A stretch of DNA of 62,890 nt, counting the filler, from Chiloscyllium plagiosum (taxonomy: Eukaryota), in the NCBI RefSeq assembly GCF_004010195.1. It is 4 parts of one record of this genome, joined end to end, with 100 filler letters (N's around TTAATTAATTAA, not from the genome) between each part and the next. Parts side by side here need not be neighbours in the genome. Positions count along the whole stretch, not along the records: positions 1 to 22,782 come from NC_057717.1; positions 22,883 to 38,341 come from NC_057717.1; 2 more parts are not named here. One strand, 5' to 3'. Numbering within the stretch: the first letter of the stretch is position 1; each line of letters begins with the position of its first letter. Below, in pieces: positions 12,487 through 24,285 of this stretch. A program made the translations under genes and the position numbers. The notes beneath the pieces were generated by a model. The model did not search any database and was not told where the DNA came from. It worked only from the letters and a program-made list of their open reading frames with translations.

Positions 12487-15400
12487 CATAGAACATATAA
12501 CATAGAACAGTACAGAGCCATTTCTGCCCTGGGAAATAGTCTCAGGCTATGACCTCTATCTATGCCTCTCATTATCTTGCTTACCTCAATTAGGTGCCCT
12601 CCAATTAAAACGTTCCGAGCTCAGTCAACCTCTCTTCATAAGATAAGCCCTCCAGTCCAGGCAGCATCCTGGTAAACCTCCTCTGAACCCTCTCGAAAGC
12701 ATCTATATCTTTCCTATAATAAGGCGACCAGAACTGGACGCAGTATTCCAAGTGCGGTCGAACCAAAATTTGATAGAGCTGCAACAAGATCTCACGACTT
12801 TTAAACGCAATGCCCCTCTTAATGAAGGTCAAAACACCATATGCTTTCTTAACAACCCTGTCCCCTTGTGGGGCCATTTTAAGGGATCTATGTACCTGCA
12901 CACCAAGGTCCCTCTGTTCCTCCACACTGCCAAGAATCCTATCCTTAATCCTGTACTCAGTTTTCAAATTCGACCTTCCAAAATGCATCACCTCGCATTT
13001 ATCCAGGTTGAACTCCATCTGCCACCTCTCAGCCCATCTCTGCATCCTTTCAATGTCCAGCTGCAGCCTACAACAGTCCTTTATACTGTCAACGACACCT
13101 CCAACCTTTGTGTCGTCTGCAAACTTGCTGACCCATCCTTCAATCCCCTCATCCAAGTCATTAATAAATAATACAAACAATAGAGGCCCAAGGACAGAGC
13201 CCTGTGGAACACCACTCACCACATACTTCCAGGCAGAATATTTTCCTTCTACTACCACTCGCTGTCTTCTGCTGGTCAGCCAATTCTGTATCCAGACAAC
13301 TAAGTCCCCCTGTATCCCATTCCTCCTGACCTTCTGAATAAGCCTACGATGGAGAAACTTATCAAATGCCTTGCTGAAGTCTATATACACCACATCCACA
13401 GCTCGACCCTCATCAACTTTTCTAGTCACATCCTCAAAGAACTCGATAAGGTTTGTGAGGCATGACCTGCCCCTCAGTGTTGACTGCATTTAATCAAGCC
13501 ATGCTCTTCCAGATGGTCATAAATCCTATCCCTCAGAATCCTTTCTCACACCTTGCAGACGACAGACGTGAGACTTATTGGTCTGTAATTGCCGGGGATT
13601 TCCCTATTCCCTTTCTTAAAGAGAGGAATTACATTTGCCTCTCTCCAGTCCTCAGGCACGATTCCAGTGGAGAGCAAGGATGCAAAGATCTTCGCAAGTG
13701 GCGATTCAATTGCATTTCTCGTAACCCAAAGAAGCCGAGGACAAATCTGGTCCGGGCCTGGCGACTTGTTAATCTTAATGTTTGACAAAATTTGCAGCAC
13801 ATCGGCTTCCTCTATCTCTATCCATTCCAGCATGCACACCTGCTCTTCAAAGGTTCCATTCACTACAAAGTTCGTTTCCTTCGTAAAGACAGAAGCAAAA
13901 AAAAAAAACTCATTTAGGGCTTCCCCTACCTCCTCAGACTCTATACACAAGTTTCCTACTCGGCCCTACTCTTTGTTTGACCATTCTTTTATTCCTCACG
14001 TAAGTGTAAAATGCCTTTGTGTTCTCCCTAATCCGTTCTGCCAAGCCTTTCTCGTGCCCCCTCCTGGCTCTCCTCAGACCATTTTTGAGCTCCTTCCTCG
14101 CCTGCCTGTAAACCTCTCGAGAAGAGCTTGACCCTAGCTTCCTCCACCTTATGTAAGCTGCCTTCTTCCTTTTGACGAGAAGCTCCACCGCTCTCGTCAT
14201 CCAAGGTTCCTTTATCTTACCCCATCTTGCCTGTCTCAGAGGGACATATTTTTTCATCACTCGCAACAACTGTTCCTTAAACAGTCTCCACATGTCTATT
14301 GTGCCCTTTCCACGGAACAATTGCTTCCTAACTCATGTCTAATCGCATCATAGTTTCCTCTTCCCCAATTAAATATCCTCCCATTTTGCCTAATCCTCTC
14401 CTTCTCCATAGCTATGCAGAATGTGAGGTAGTTATGGTCACCGTCATCAAAATGCTCTCCCACCAGAAGATCTGATACCTGCCCCGGCTCGTTTCCAAGC
14501 ACCAAATCTAGAATCGTCTCTCCCCTCGTCGGCCTGTCAACGTACTCCTCAAAACACCTTACAAAAACATCTCCTTCCAAACCATCTGCTCGAAGGAGGT
14601 TCCAATCAATATTGGGAAAGTTAAAGTCACCCATTGCAACAACCCTGCTACGTCCACACTTTTCCTAAATCTGCCGACCTATGCTTTCTTCCATCTCCCT
14701 GCTGCTATTCGGGGGCTTGAAGTAAACCCCTAACGAGGTGACTACTCCCTTGCTGTTCCTAATTTCCACCCATACTGACTCGGTAGGCAGATTTTCCTCG
14801 ACAATGGAAGCTTCTGTAGCTGTGATACCCTCTCTGATTAGTCGTGCTACACCCCCTCCTTTCCCCCCTCCCTATTCTTTTTAAATGCTCTAAACCCTGG
14901 AACATCCAGCAACCATTCCTGCCCCTGACAAACCCATGTCTCTGTTATGGCCACAACATCATAGCACCAGATATTGACCCATGCTCTAAGTTCATCACTT
15001 TTGTTCCTGACACTCCTTGCGTTAAAGCAAACACACTTTAACTGATCCTTTGGTTCCTTACCAGGAAAATCCTTCCCACTAGCTGGTCTATGTCTTGCTA
15101 TTGCCTCCCCTGCCTCAACTGTCACTTCCCGTATACAGCTCAGGTTCCCGGGCCCCTGCCATACTAGTTTAAACCCTCTCAAACTAATCGAGCAAACCTT
15201 TCACCCAGGACATTGGTCTCCTTCCAGTTCTGATGCAGCCCGTCCTTCTTGTACAGGTCCCACCTTCCCCAGAAGATATCCTAATTATCTACATATCTGA
15301 AGCCCTCCCTCCTACACCAGCTGCGCAGCCACATGTTAAGCTGCGTCCGCTCCCTGTTCCTCGCCTCGCTATCTCGTGGCACCGGTAGTAAACTAGAGAA

Positions 15401-16050
15401 CACTACTCTGTTCGTCCTGCTTTGCAGCTTTCATCCTAACTTCCTGAAATCACTTTTTATATCCTCAACCCTTGTTCTGGATATATCATTAGTCCCAATA
15501 TGTAACACGATTTCTGGCTGTTCGCCCTTCCCTTTTAGAACCTTATACACCCGATCGGAGACGTCCCGGACCCTGGCACCAGGGAGGCAACATACCTTCC
15601 GGGAATCCCGATCCTGACCACAAAATCTCTGTCGATTCCCCTAACTATCGAGTCCCCTACAACGAGATCTTTATTTATTCTACTCCCTTCCCTTCTTTGC
15701 CACAGTGTGAGGCTCAGTGCCAGAGAACTGACTACTATAGCTTTCCACTGCTAGGTCACCCCCCCCCCCCCCAGCAGTATCCAAAACGGTATACTTATTG
15801 CTGAGGGGAATTTCCATAGGGGATCTCTGCACTGTCTGTCTGTTCCCTTTCCTCCCCCAAGCTGTAACCCATCTATCCTTGTCCTGAGCCTTAGGAGTGA
15901 CCAACCTCCCGTAACTCCTCTCAATGACCCCATCTGCCTCCCGAATGATCCGTAGTTCATCCAGCTCCAGCTCCAATTCCCAAACACGGTTTTCAAGGAG
16001 CTGGAGGTGGGTGCACTTCCCGCAGATGTAGCCAGCGGAAACGTGTGCCA
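12487..16050 (-). mobile_element. Near full-length CR1 LINE (ORF1 zinc-finger/zipper + esterase region, ORF2 AP endonuclease + RT), inactivated
   Basis: ORF1 YICGKCTHLQLLENRVWELELEL; EN CFNARSVRNK, AITETW, MGDFNFPNIDW; RT 294-aa ORF with SGVPQGSVLGP and KFADD; (TTCTATG)-type 3' tail. TGTTAA flanks both ends (12481-12486, 16051-16056) as a candidate TSD. Multiple frameshifts and deletions. Confidence 0.95.
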
Positions 16051-17379
16051 TGTTAAAGCCTTTATAATATAAGCTCTTCAGTGCAGTGAAGTGAAACATC
16101 TCTGAACTGATTCCAATGCAATTATATCCTTTCTCAGGTAAGGAGAGAAAAAAATCTGACACACAGACCTGAGGTTAATTTTGTTTTTGTTAATTTGCGA
16201 TTTTTTTGCAGATCATTGGAGGCAGAGATGTTGAATATTTTTTGAGACATAGACGTCAAGGTTCATAAATAACGACGGAGTCATGGATTTTTGAGGAATG
16301 GGCAGGAATGTACAGTGTGGGGGTAATGCTGACAGTGGTACAAAATGACTGCTCCAGAACATCCAGGAATATAAGGCAAAACGAAATGATGACATAGATA
16401 ACATTTCAAAATGTTAACAGTGATAGAATGCAGTTCCAAATGACCACAGGGCTGCTCTGACAATAGAGACAGAGAGACCATTCGTGGTAGTTTACGCTGA
16501 GTGTTACCACACCTCGGGTGATGGGGTGAGGATGAAAAAGCATCCCCTTCATGGTAACCTCTGTCAGTGTGGGGAATTGTACTTGGGCTGTTGGTTTCCC
16601 TGTGCATCACAAACCAACCGTCCAGCCAACTGCGTGGGAGACCGTGTAACTGCTACATACAGAAAAAGTCACAGACAAAGGGCAATTGAAATGTTCATAA
16701 TAAGGAAAACGGTACAATTCAAAGAGCGGTCAAGATAATGGCTGAGGATAAAAATGTTCTTTGCTATGATTTGTATGTTATAATGAGAAAAGTGTTTAGA
16801 AGCTGTCTTTAGCTGAATACAATAAGGTGAGACAAGTGAAATAACCAGAATTATTAATTGTAATTTGATATTGATAACCATAAAATAAGAGTATATTTTT
16901 GATTGGTCTGTGTAAAATAGGCTTACCATTACATAGACGTATAAAGCTGGTGGAATATATTGTTAGGAGAGTCCGTTCCCCATTTGAAATGGCCGCGAAT
17001 AGGTGCTTGAAGAAAACCGGTGTAAAAGTTCTTGAGTGTCGTCTTGTCAGTGACATAAACCCAGGGTTTTGGATGTCTGAAGCTCCTCTAACATTGAGCT
17101 CAGGGCACAATCAGATCACCCCCGATCTTATTAATACGAGAGCACGTTTAAATGGTCTAATGACGGATTTGAATATCATGTGATTTTAAAAATATACATC
17201 TCTACTCCTTCCCCTTACGTATTACATACTGGGGCACTGACATTTTTCTGAAAATTGGAATTACTTCGAACGTTGTATGGAACTTTCCATAATTGGCATT
17301 CTCCAGAACATTCTATAGCCGTGTGGGGTTATTGCAAAGGTGAGGGGGAGAGAGAGAGAGAGAGAGACAGAGTCACAGA

Positions 17380-18028
17380 GACACAGGGAGAGAAGGTGCT
17401 GCATGCAGTAGAGGGAGTGGTGCAGCATGAGCCTTGTTCGGGGTCCTATAAGAGATATGCATTGAGTATGAGGGAGCAGAGAGAATACGGTGACCCTTAT
17501 CCTGACAGAGTAGGGTAGGTTATTGATGTTTTTTTCATGTATTTCTGGATCGCAGATATTGCACTGAGCTGGGTGATGAGCTCAGATCATTCTCGGTGGG
17601 TCTGGTGCTTTGTCCTCCTTTGGGAAGATAATGGCCTCTCTCTGTACTAGCCCATCCACCAGAACCTACTTGCCCCTTCGACAAACTGTAGTGGAATTGT
17701 CCCTTATCCCATGCTCGGGGTACACTGTGCAGGGAAACTCCAAATTGAGCATGCTCAACCGTGTGCTCGTTGGCCTTTTAAAGATGGCAGCAGTGCCAGG
17801 GATCATGGAATATCCAGGGTCATCCGGGCGATGGTGATTACTTCCAGTCATGATGCGTGGGAGAATAGGGCGGGTATTGAATGAGAGGGACACCATGAGG
17901 TGGGGCGGGTAGGTAATGAGGTGAGTTCGATAAGATAGACCAGGAAACTAGCTCAGCCTCGTACAGTCAATCCCTCTGTTACATTCAATGAAAATGGCAC
18001 TGAGACAAACTATTGTTAGATTCAGCCC
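17380..18028 (-). mobile_element. Decayed PIF/Harbinger-type element with Myb/SANT-like ORF relic
   Basis: Reverse strand reads QFVEG..VLVDGLVQREAIIFP and KNINNLPYSVR followed by a donor-like ATAAGG. It begins with GGGCTGAATCT. 17485-17545 is homologous in inverted orientation to 24510-24575. Confidence 0.55.
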
Positions 18029-18574
18029 AATGAGACATACACTCTGCACCTCACTCCCAGTTAAAAAGCTGCAGAACAAATGCTCATCCAAAATTCTCCA
18101 TCATCTGAACTGACACCAATGTTCCATTCACCCAATATTCCTGAGATTACTGGCTCATGTTGTAGGATGCTCTCGAAATATCTCCATTTCAGCATTCTGA
18201 AACCTGTGATCCTCCATGAAGTTGTCTCTCAATATCCCTTTCTATTTTTGACAGAATGCTTTTGTTTGTAGGTATTTTATCTGATTACCCTGTCGTCATT
18301 CTCTGGCAGTGATTTACACACCCACAGCACCCGTTGTCATTGCACAACGGAGATATGGAGGTGCAAATGGATGAGAGCTGCATATCCTGTCACTTACAGC
18401 ATGGGCTGCTAGTTTCTCCACGCTGGGCAATGATCTAACACAGCACTGAACAATGCACTGGGGCGGTGCACACTGCTCTGCATGGTAGGAGGGTAGCAGA
18501 TGAATTCAGTGATGTTCGCAATACAGCTCCCCACACAGCACATGATATCTTGTCTGCGTTTATCGAGCAAGAGT

Positions 18575-18785
18575 CTGGTGTGGGCTACCTATCACCCATG
18601 CTGGACAGACCGTTTTGTCCAGGCTTCTTAATCAATGCACCAGTGTGGTCTGTACTGCTCCCCATGTTGGACAGATAGAGAGTGGATTACTGAGAGCTGC
18701 ACAGTATTCCATCCTGGACAGATTGCTGAGTTGTACTGAGCCTGGTCTGCACAGTACTCCGTGCTGAGCGGATATCTCATCTGGT
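18575..18785. repeat. Degenerate ~50-65 bp tandem repeat
   Basis: Recurring CTGCACAGTA(C/T)TCCATGCTGGACAGAT-like motif near 18595, 18661, 18708 and 18758. Confidence 0.45.
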
Positions 18786-18953
18786 CTTATACGTATCTGG
18801 GCTGGAACTGTGTTGTGGATTGTGTATCTAATATAATTCCTGATAGAGTTATCACTCATCCAGCTCCGCGTATTCTTCTGTCAAACGCCGTGTTCCTGAA
18901 ACTTATTGTCCATTAAATAATTATCCAATTAAAACATGAATATACGTCCTTCT

Positions 18954-19460
18954 TGTTATGGACCCGAACAGACGCATCTCATAATATATGAAGAAGGTCG
19001 TCTCGACCCGAACGTTTTCTTATTTCAAAAGTAATTGTGAGGTGCTGTGTTTCAGGTGCAATTCGTTTGGTCAAAATATTTGACATTAAGCCAAACGCAA
19101 TTTATTCAAACACTGTAGACAAAGAAACAAAAAAAAAGAACTTGGAATAACTTAATTTATTGGAAAACTTAACAGATTAATAGGTTATTTAATTACTAAA
19201 TAATAACTGCTCCAATATGGTAACATCGTAGAAACTCACACTTGTCCAAAAACTAATTCAGGAAACATATTGTCTGACATGCAGTTCTCCAATCCAGGAG
19301 GAATGAACATCAAAAGCCAATTCTGAGAGAAATCTCAGAGTGTGTAGCAGCCGGGAGAGATTTACCGCCTTCCACCCCTGCTGAGACCCCAGAAATAACT
19401 GGTGAAAGGTAAAACTAAGAATCCTGGTTCAGTGAGAGTTTGACCATCACTCTACAGGAC
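18954..19460. mobile_element. Possible partial solo LTR
   Basis: Starts TGTTATGGAC and has TTTATT (reverse polyA signal) near 19100. Resembles a shark LTR-like repeat from recall only. Confidence 0.3.
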
Positions 19461-20037
19461 GAGACCGCGGTTGCAAGGACAACAAGGAGTGGACTGTATC
19501 TACACCATCTATACAAATGTAGTAGGTCTCTCAGAAATGCCTAACCCCACCTAAGCCATGCAATGTTGGTAAAATAAATGTCAAAGTTAAATAGAAATAA
19601 ATAAAGCCAAAGGATGCAGAAGGCCTGGTAATCAGACACAACCTCAGGAGCCCAGCAATTCTGACCCTGCCAACAGAGAGGAAAATCACTGAGCTGGTGA
19701 AAAGAAAGCATCATCTCGCTGCCTCACCTCTAACTTTACAATTCGTGACGTGCCATTAGCCCGATAGTCAGCGATGTCAACATCTCAGGAAGACCAAGCA
19801 TTATTGTTATTTGTCAGGGTTGTTGTGAAAGGGTAAGTTGAGCTGTTTGTTCGGTGACTGTGATTGATATCAGTCACCATGGATCCTAACGGTATCCCTG
19901 GAGGTTTTCCTCTTCTATTAAAAAGGGGCTTTCTTCAACCTGTTATCTCATATTATTAGCGGCAGTGTCATCCTCGAAATGATTGGGATCAGCGGCTACA
20001 GAGAAAGGGAGAGGAAGACAATCTTAGAACGAGAGAA

Positions 20038-20240
20038 TGGAATGTTCCAACAATGGATCAGAATCTAAGAACATTACACTGGAATGTTTCAACAATGGAT
20101 CAGAATCTGAGAACATTACACTAAAATGTTACAACAATGGATCCGAATCTGAGAGTATTCAACTGGAATGTTCCAACAATGGATCATAATCTGTATGTTT
20201 TAGACTGGAATATTCCAACTAGGGACAGGAGTTTATTGCG
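20038..20240 (+). repeat. 42-bp (14-codon) tandem repeat, ~4.8 copies
   Basis: Units start at 20038, 20080, 20122, 20164 and 20206. Consensus translation WNVPTMDQNLRTLH. The first codon of unit 3 is TAA. Confidence 0.95.
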
Positions 20241-20352
20241 AGTCTTTACTGGCTTTCTCAGGATTGGGCATGGTTAGACTTGTGGATAGAAGCCGTACTG
20301 AGAATTATTCAATCTGGGTACTATCCCATCCTCGCTATTATTGGTGTTCCTC
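20053..20352 (+). pseudogene. GPR139/GPR142-like GPCR exon 1 (N-terminus + start of TM1), disrupted as assembled
   Basis: Frame from 20241 reads SLYWLSQDWAWLDLWIEAVLRIIQSGYYPILAIIGVP, then phase-1 donor C|GTAAG at 20352/20353. All ATGs lie in the repeat frame, one base out of register. TAA at 20122. Confidence 0.8.
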
Positions 20353-20699
20353 GTAAGCCAATCTCTGCCCATTCTATAAACGATGGTGAAAGTTATTGCT
20401 ATTTCGTTTATTTATATTTTAAAAATGCATAAACTTTTATCTTCAGTCTCCCTTTTGCCCTGAACTGTTTTATGTCTCTGTATTCTCTCTGTCATCACAC
20501 CTGCCTGCACCTACTTTTATAAAATCCGCAGTCTCCAACGCTGCCTGAGTGCTGTTGCTAAATTAGCCATCATCTGCCTCCTTCAGAACTTCATATTTTA
20601 CGGCTCCAGTTCTTTTCTGACCACTATTCCAGTTATAAATATTTTGACCACAGACTTTTTCTTGTCTCTCCAGTTATTTCATAATAGGGACCTCATATC

Positions 20700-21030
20700 A
20701 GAGTAATAATGTGACTGGCCGTGTAATTCAGATGCGACTCACAGGCACAAGTTATGACTTTAAAAACATTGTTTCAAATCCTACCACAGCCGATGTTAGA
20801 ACTTAAATTTGAATGGCAACAATTGGAATGAACCCTCATTTTACAAATGGAAACCATAAAAAATCAGCATTTCTTTTATTCTTTCACTGACAGCCTTTGG
20901 TAAATAAACTAAGTGTGACAAAAGGATCAGCTCCATATTGTCTTGACAAATGGTCTCGCAGTCAACGACAATTAGTGATGGATGACAAATGCTGCCCTTG
21001 CCAGTGATGCAGACATTCTGTGAAACAACA
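20700..21030 (+). mobile_element. Decayed tRNA-derived SINE
   Basis: B-box-like GTTTCAAATCCTACCAC. 3' end GATGGATGACAAATGCTGCCCTTGCCAGTGATGC. Confidence 0.6.
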
Positions 21031-21044
21031 GCATTAAAGGTGAA

Positions 21045-21200
21045 ATAAACCAAGGAACTGTAAATGATGGACATCTGAAATAAAATTATCCAGTGTCTGA
21101 AAATGTTGGAGAATCTCAGCAAGTATGGCAGCATCAGTCAGAAGGAAAACAGATAAAGTATCGAATCTAGTGACCCTACATCAAAACTGAAAACAACTGG
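21045..21200 (-). mobile_element. Penelope-like terminal fragment
   Basis: CCAAGGAACTGTAAATGATGG...TTGGAGAATCTCAGCAAGTATGGCAGCATC matches other pLTR fragments in the window. Confidence 0.55.
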
Positions 21201-21272
21201 GAAATAATATTATTTCTATCAGGGATGGCCGGATGTGTGATGGTGAGGTTAGTTGAATGGATGCAGAAATGT

Positions 21273-21274
<2 letters not shown>

Positions 21275-21313
<39 letters not shown>

Positions 21314-21391
21314 AAAGGGACTGCTGATGTTGAACCAGAAGGAAAATGAAAAGCGAACAAAGGGACTGCTGATGTTGAACCAGAAGGAAAA
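21275..21391. repeat. (GA)n microsatellite followed by 37-bp direct repeat (period 45)
   Basis: GAACAAAGGGACTGCTGATGTTGAACCAGAAGGAAAA at 21310 and 21355. Confidence 0.9.
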
Positions 21392-21884
21392 GAAAATGAG
21401 AGCTTATTCTAAAATTTCCCCGTTTCCCATACTCCTGAATATCATGTTAATTTTGATGTGTCCCTGTTTAAAATGAGTTATATTCCCTCTGTCCTTCTGT
21501 GTGGTGATCTACTCCATCTGCAATACAAGTGCTGCCATTATAGTCGCTGAGATACAGAGAAAGGTAATGTTACATAGTCAACTGCTTCTTTGGAGAGAGG
21601 AACTGTAAGTGTGGGACTGTGCAGAGATATAACGGCTTTTTTTTCCGCTAAGAAGAGAAACATTTTCAACACTTAATGCGTGCACCGCGTGTGTGGAGAT
21701 TTGACTTGCTCCTGTCATTACAGAGAAAAGACAGGTTATATTGACGCTTTTGTTGGGTTTGTGTTTTCAGCTGCTGCGTCCATTCAGAGAGACCCAAACG
21801 TATGGTGATCCCCGAAACATCATGGCATAGAGAGAGAACACAGGGGCCCAAAACCTTCAACATATTGTCTCGCTATCACCGTTG

Positions 21885-22170
21885 TTAACAGCTAACCCGA
21901 GAATGCAGTTTTTTAAAAAAATGTTTTGTGATTTTCGCATGAAAGAAGTGAAACTATCACGGTATTCTAACAGATGAAAGGCTTAACAGACAATCAATTT
22001 TTCAATGTATAATTTCAGTTCCATCAGACTGTACGTTTTTGCTAAAAAGTCTGAGTGTTAGGAATGAGCCCTCCACGACTACCTGATGAAGGAGCGCCGC
22101 TCCGAAAGCTAGTGTTCTTCCAATTAAACCTATTGGACTATAACCTGGTGTTGTGTGGTTTTTAACTAAA
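21885..22170 (+). mobile_element. Penelope-like element 3' terminus (pLTR)
   Basis: Shares its terminal ~90 bp with the element at 1-468 and contains a hammerhead motif. Confidence 0.75.
22080..22114 (+). ncRNA. Minimal type I hammerhead ribozyme motif (intact core)
   Basis: UAC-CUGAUGA-A-GGAGC(GCC)GCUCC-GAAA-GCUA^GUG: both core boxes, paired stem II, palindromic AGCU stem III and a CUA cleavage triplet. Confidence 0.75.
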
Positions 22171-22371
22171 TATTTAAAACAGGATGGCAAGGGCAAACAG
22201 GAAACTAAATAGCTCAACATCAGCTGTAAGAAACACATTGTAACATTTTATAAGGAACGTGACAACTAGACGTTTCGAGAATAATGATATGACTTGGTAG
22301 TCAGACTACATTCCAGAAAAGGGAAATTATCTTTGATAAACCTGCTGGAGTTGGTGGAGATTGTCCGTTGT

Positions 22372-22782
22372 GACATAGAACATAGAAGAATACAGCGCAG
22401 TACAGGCCCTTTGGCCCTCGATGTTGCGCCGATCCAAGCCCACCTAACCTACACTTGCCCACTATCCTCTATATGCCTATCCAATGCACGTTTAAATGCC
22501 CATAATGAAGGAGAGTCCACCACTGCTACTGGCAGGGCATTCCATGAACTCACGACTCGCTGAGTAAAGAACCTACCCCTAACATCTGTCCTATACCTAC
22601 CACCCCTTAATTTAAAGCTATGCCCCCTCATAATAGCTGACTCCATACGTGGAAAAAGATTCTCACTGTCGACCCTATCTAAACCCCTAATCATCTTATA
22701 CACCTCTATCAAGTCACCCCTAAACCTTCCTTTCTCCAATGAAAACAACCCCAAGTGCCTCAACCTTTCCTCATACGATCTT
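22372..22782 (-). mobile_element. Young CR1 LINE 3' end, cut by contig end
   Basis: ORF LGLFSLEKGRFRGDLIEVYKMIRGLDRVD...FFTQRVVSSWNALP and a (TTCTATG)n tail. Confidence 0.95.
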
Positions 22783-22882
22783 NNNNNNNNNNNNNNNNNN
22801 NNNNNNNNNNNNNNNNNNNNNNNNNNTTAATTAATTAANNNNNNNNNNNNNNNNNNNNNNNNNNNNNNNNNNNNNNNNNNNN
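22783..22882. other. Artificial assembly linker 44N-TTAATTAATTAA-44N
   Basis: Exactly 100 bp. The 12-mer places stop codons in all six frames. Confidence 0.95.
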
Positions 22883-22889
22883 TATGAGT

Positions 22890-23300
22890 TTTTACTTTAG
22901 AATGTATGAGGCTGAGGAGTATCTGATAGTAGTGTACAAGATCATGGGAGGCATGGATAGAGTCAATGCACTCAGTCTTTTTTTCCCCAGGACTGGGCAA
23001 TCATGGACTAGAGGGCATCAATTTAAGGTCAGAGAGGAAAGAATAAAAGAGAACCTAAGGGGTACTTTCATTTACACACAGGGTTGTATGCATATGGGAT
23101 GAGCTGCCAGCAGAAGTGGTTGAGGCAGGTACATTCACAAAATTTAAAGTACATTCGACAAATACACAGGTAGGAAAGGATTAGAAGGATACAGGGAAAT
23201 GGCAGGGAAATGGGGTTATTGTGAATGGACATTTTCTTCGAAATGGACCAGTTTGGGCCGAATGGCCTGTCTCCGTACTGTAAAACTATATGGATCTGAC
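22890..23300 (+). mobile_element. CR1 LINE 3' fragment
   Basis: LIVVYKIMGGMDRVN...TRGHQFKV motif and 3' UTR. Confidence 0.8.
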
Positions 23301-23511
23301 AACAATTGCTCTCCTACTGAATGTTATATTGTATTTTCCAATTCATTGGAGCGAACTTGACACTCTAGCCTCTGTGTTTCTATTATGTTTGACCAGAATG
23401 TTCAAACATTCTACATTGAATGCAGACGCCACGTAAAATACAACATATTAATGTCACTATTCCTCCAAAGCTGCTTCAGAGCAAGGTCAGTAATTAGTCC
23501 TTCCGACCACC

Positions 23512-23605
23512 CAATAGACAATAGGTGCAGGAGTAGGCCATTCAGCCCTTCGAGCCTGCACCACCATTCAATATGATCATGGCTGATCATCCTTAATCAG
23601 TATCA
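23512..23605 (-). mobile_element. Short young CR1 3' tail
   Basis: CAATAGACAATAGGTGCAGGAGTAGGCCATTC... is the reverse complement of the tail family at 52670-52761. Confidence 0.85.
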
Positions 23606-23784
23606 CACAACACCAAATCCGAAATAACCTGCTCTCTAGTTTGGTTCACAACACACTATTCAAACTTCCTGATATACACTTATGGAATTTATTTTTCACA
23701 ACATTAGCAGTCACTTAATTAACTCAGTTTCGATGCAACTTGACACCATCCATTATTACTGCAGAAGCTACGAGTACTTGTTGC

Positions 23785-24285
23785 TCATTCACAGGATGAG
23801 TGTTTACCTGGATAACCAGGATTTACTGGCCATGCCAGACGGCAACTAAGCGTCAACAGTGTTGCCTTGGATCTGGAGTGACATGCAGGTCAGACCAGGT
23901 AAGAACAGCCGTTTCATTCACTAAAGGACATTAGTGAACCAGATGAGTTTTTCCAACAATCAACAATGGATTCCTGATCATCATCAACACTTGATGCCTT
24001 ATTCGGTTGCTGGGACGTGGATGTTTCAGATACTCCACAAAAGGCCTCCTGGGGTCCTCTCCGGCTCCCTCCAGGTTTTTCCACACACATATCAGGGTAG
24101 GGGCTGAGGGAGCGGATATCCAGCACTCCTCCACCAGGCTTGGCCCTTTCTTTCCTATTCCATAATTATTGAATTCAAATTCCACAATCGGCCATGGCAG
24201 GATTTGAAACCATGTCCCCAGAACATTACCTGTTTCTCTGGGTTAAGAGCCCAGTGATAATATCAGTATGTCATAGCTTCCCTTT
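23785..24285 (-). mobile_element. tRNA-derived SINE interrupted by a 166-bp insertion
   Basis: Reverse B-box GGATTTGAAACC near 24200 and core GACATTAGTGAACCAGATGAGTTTTTCCAACAATC. Confidence 0.75.

Noticed and set aside
12752..14131. Plus-strand ORFs of 139-180 aa
   Set aside because: Antisense shadows of CR1 ORF2.
16200..17200. Cluster of short ORFs on both strands
   Set aside because: Manual translation shows no recognisable domain, and part resembles a decayed CR1 3' UTR.
18988..19018. Hammerhead-like TGAAGAAGG...GACCCGAACG
   Set aside because: Lacks C3 and the GAAA box, and is not in a PLE terminal context.
20038..20240. CRISPR-like array
   Set aside because: The units are contiguous tandem copies without unique spacers, there are no cas genes, and the context is eukaryotic.
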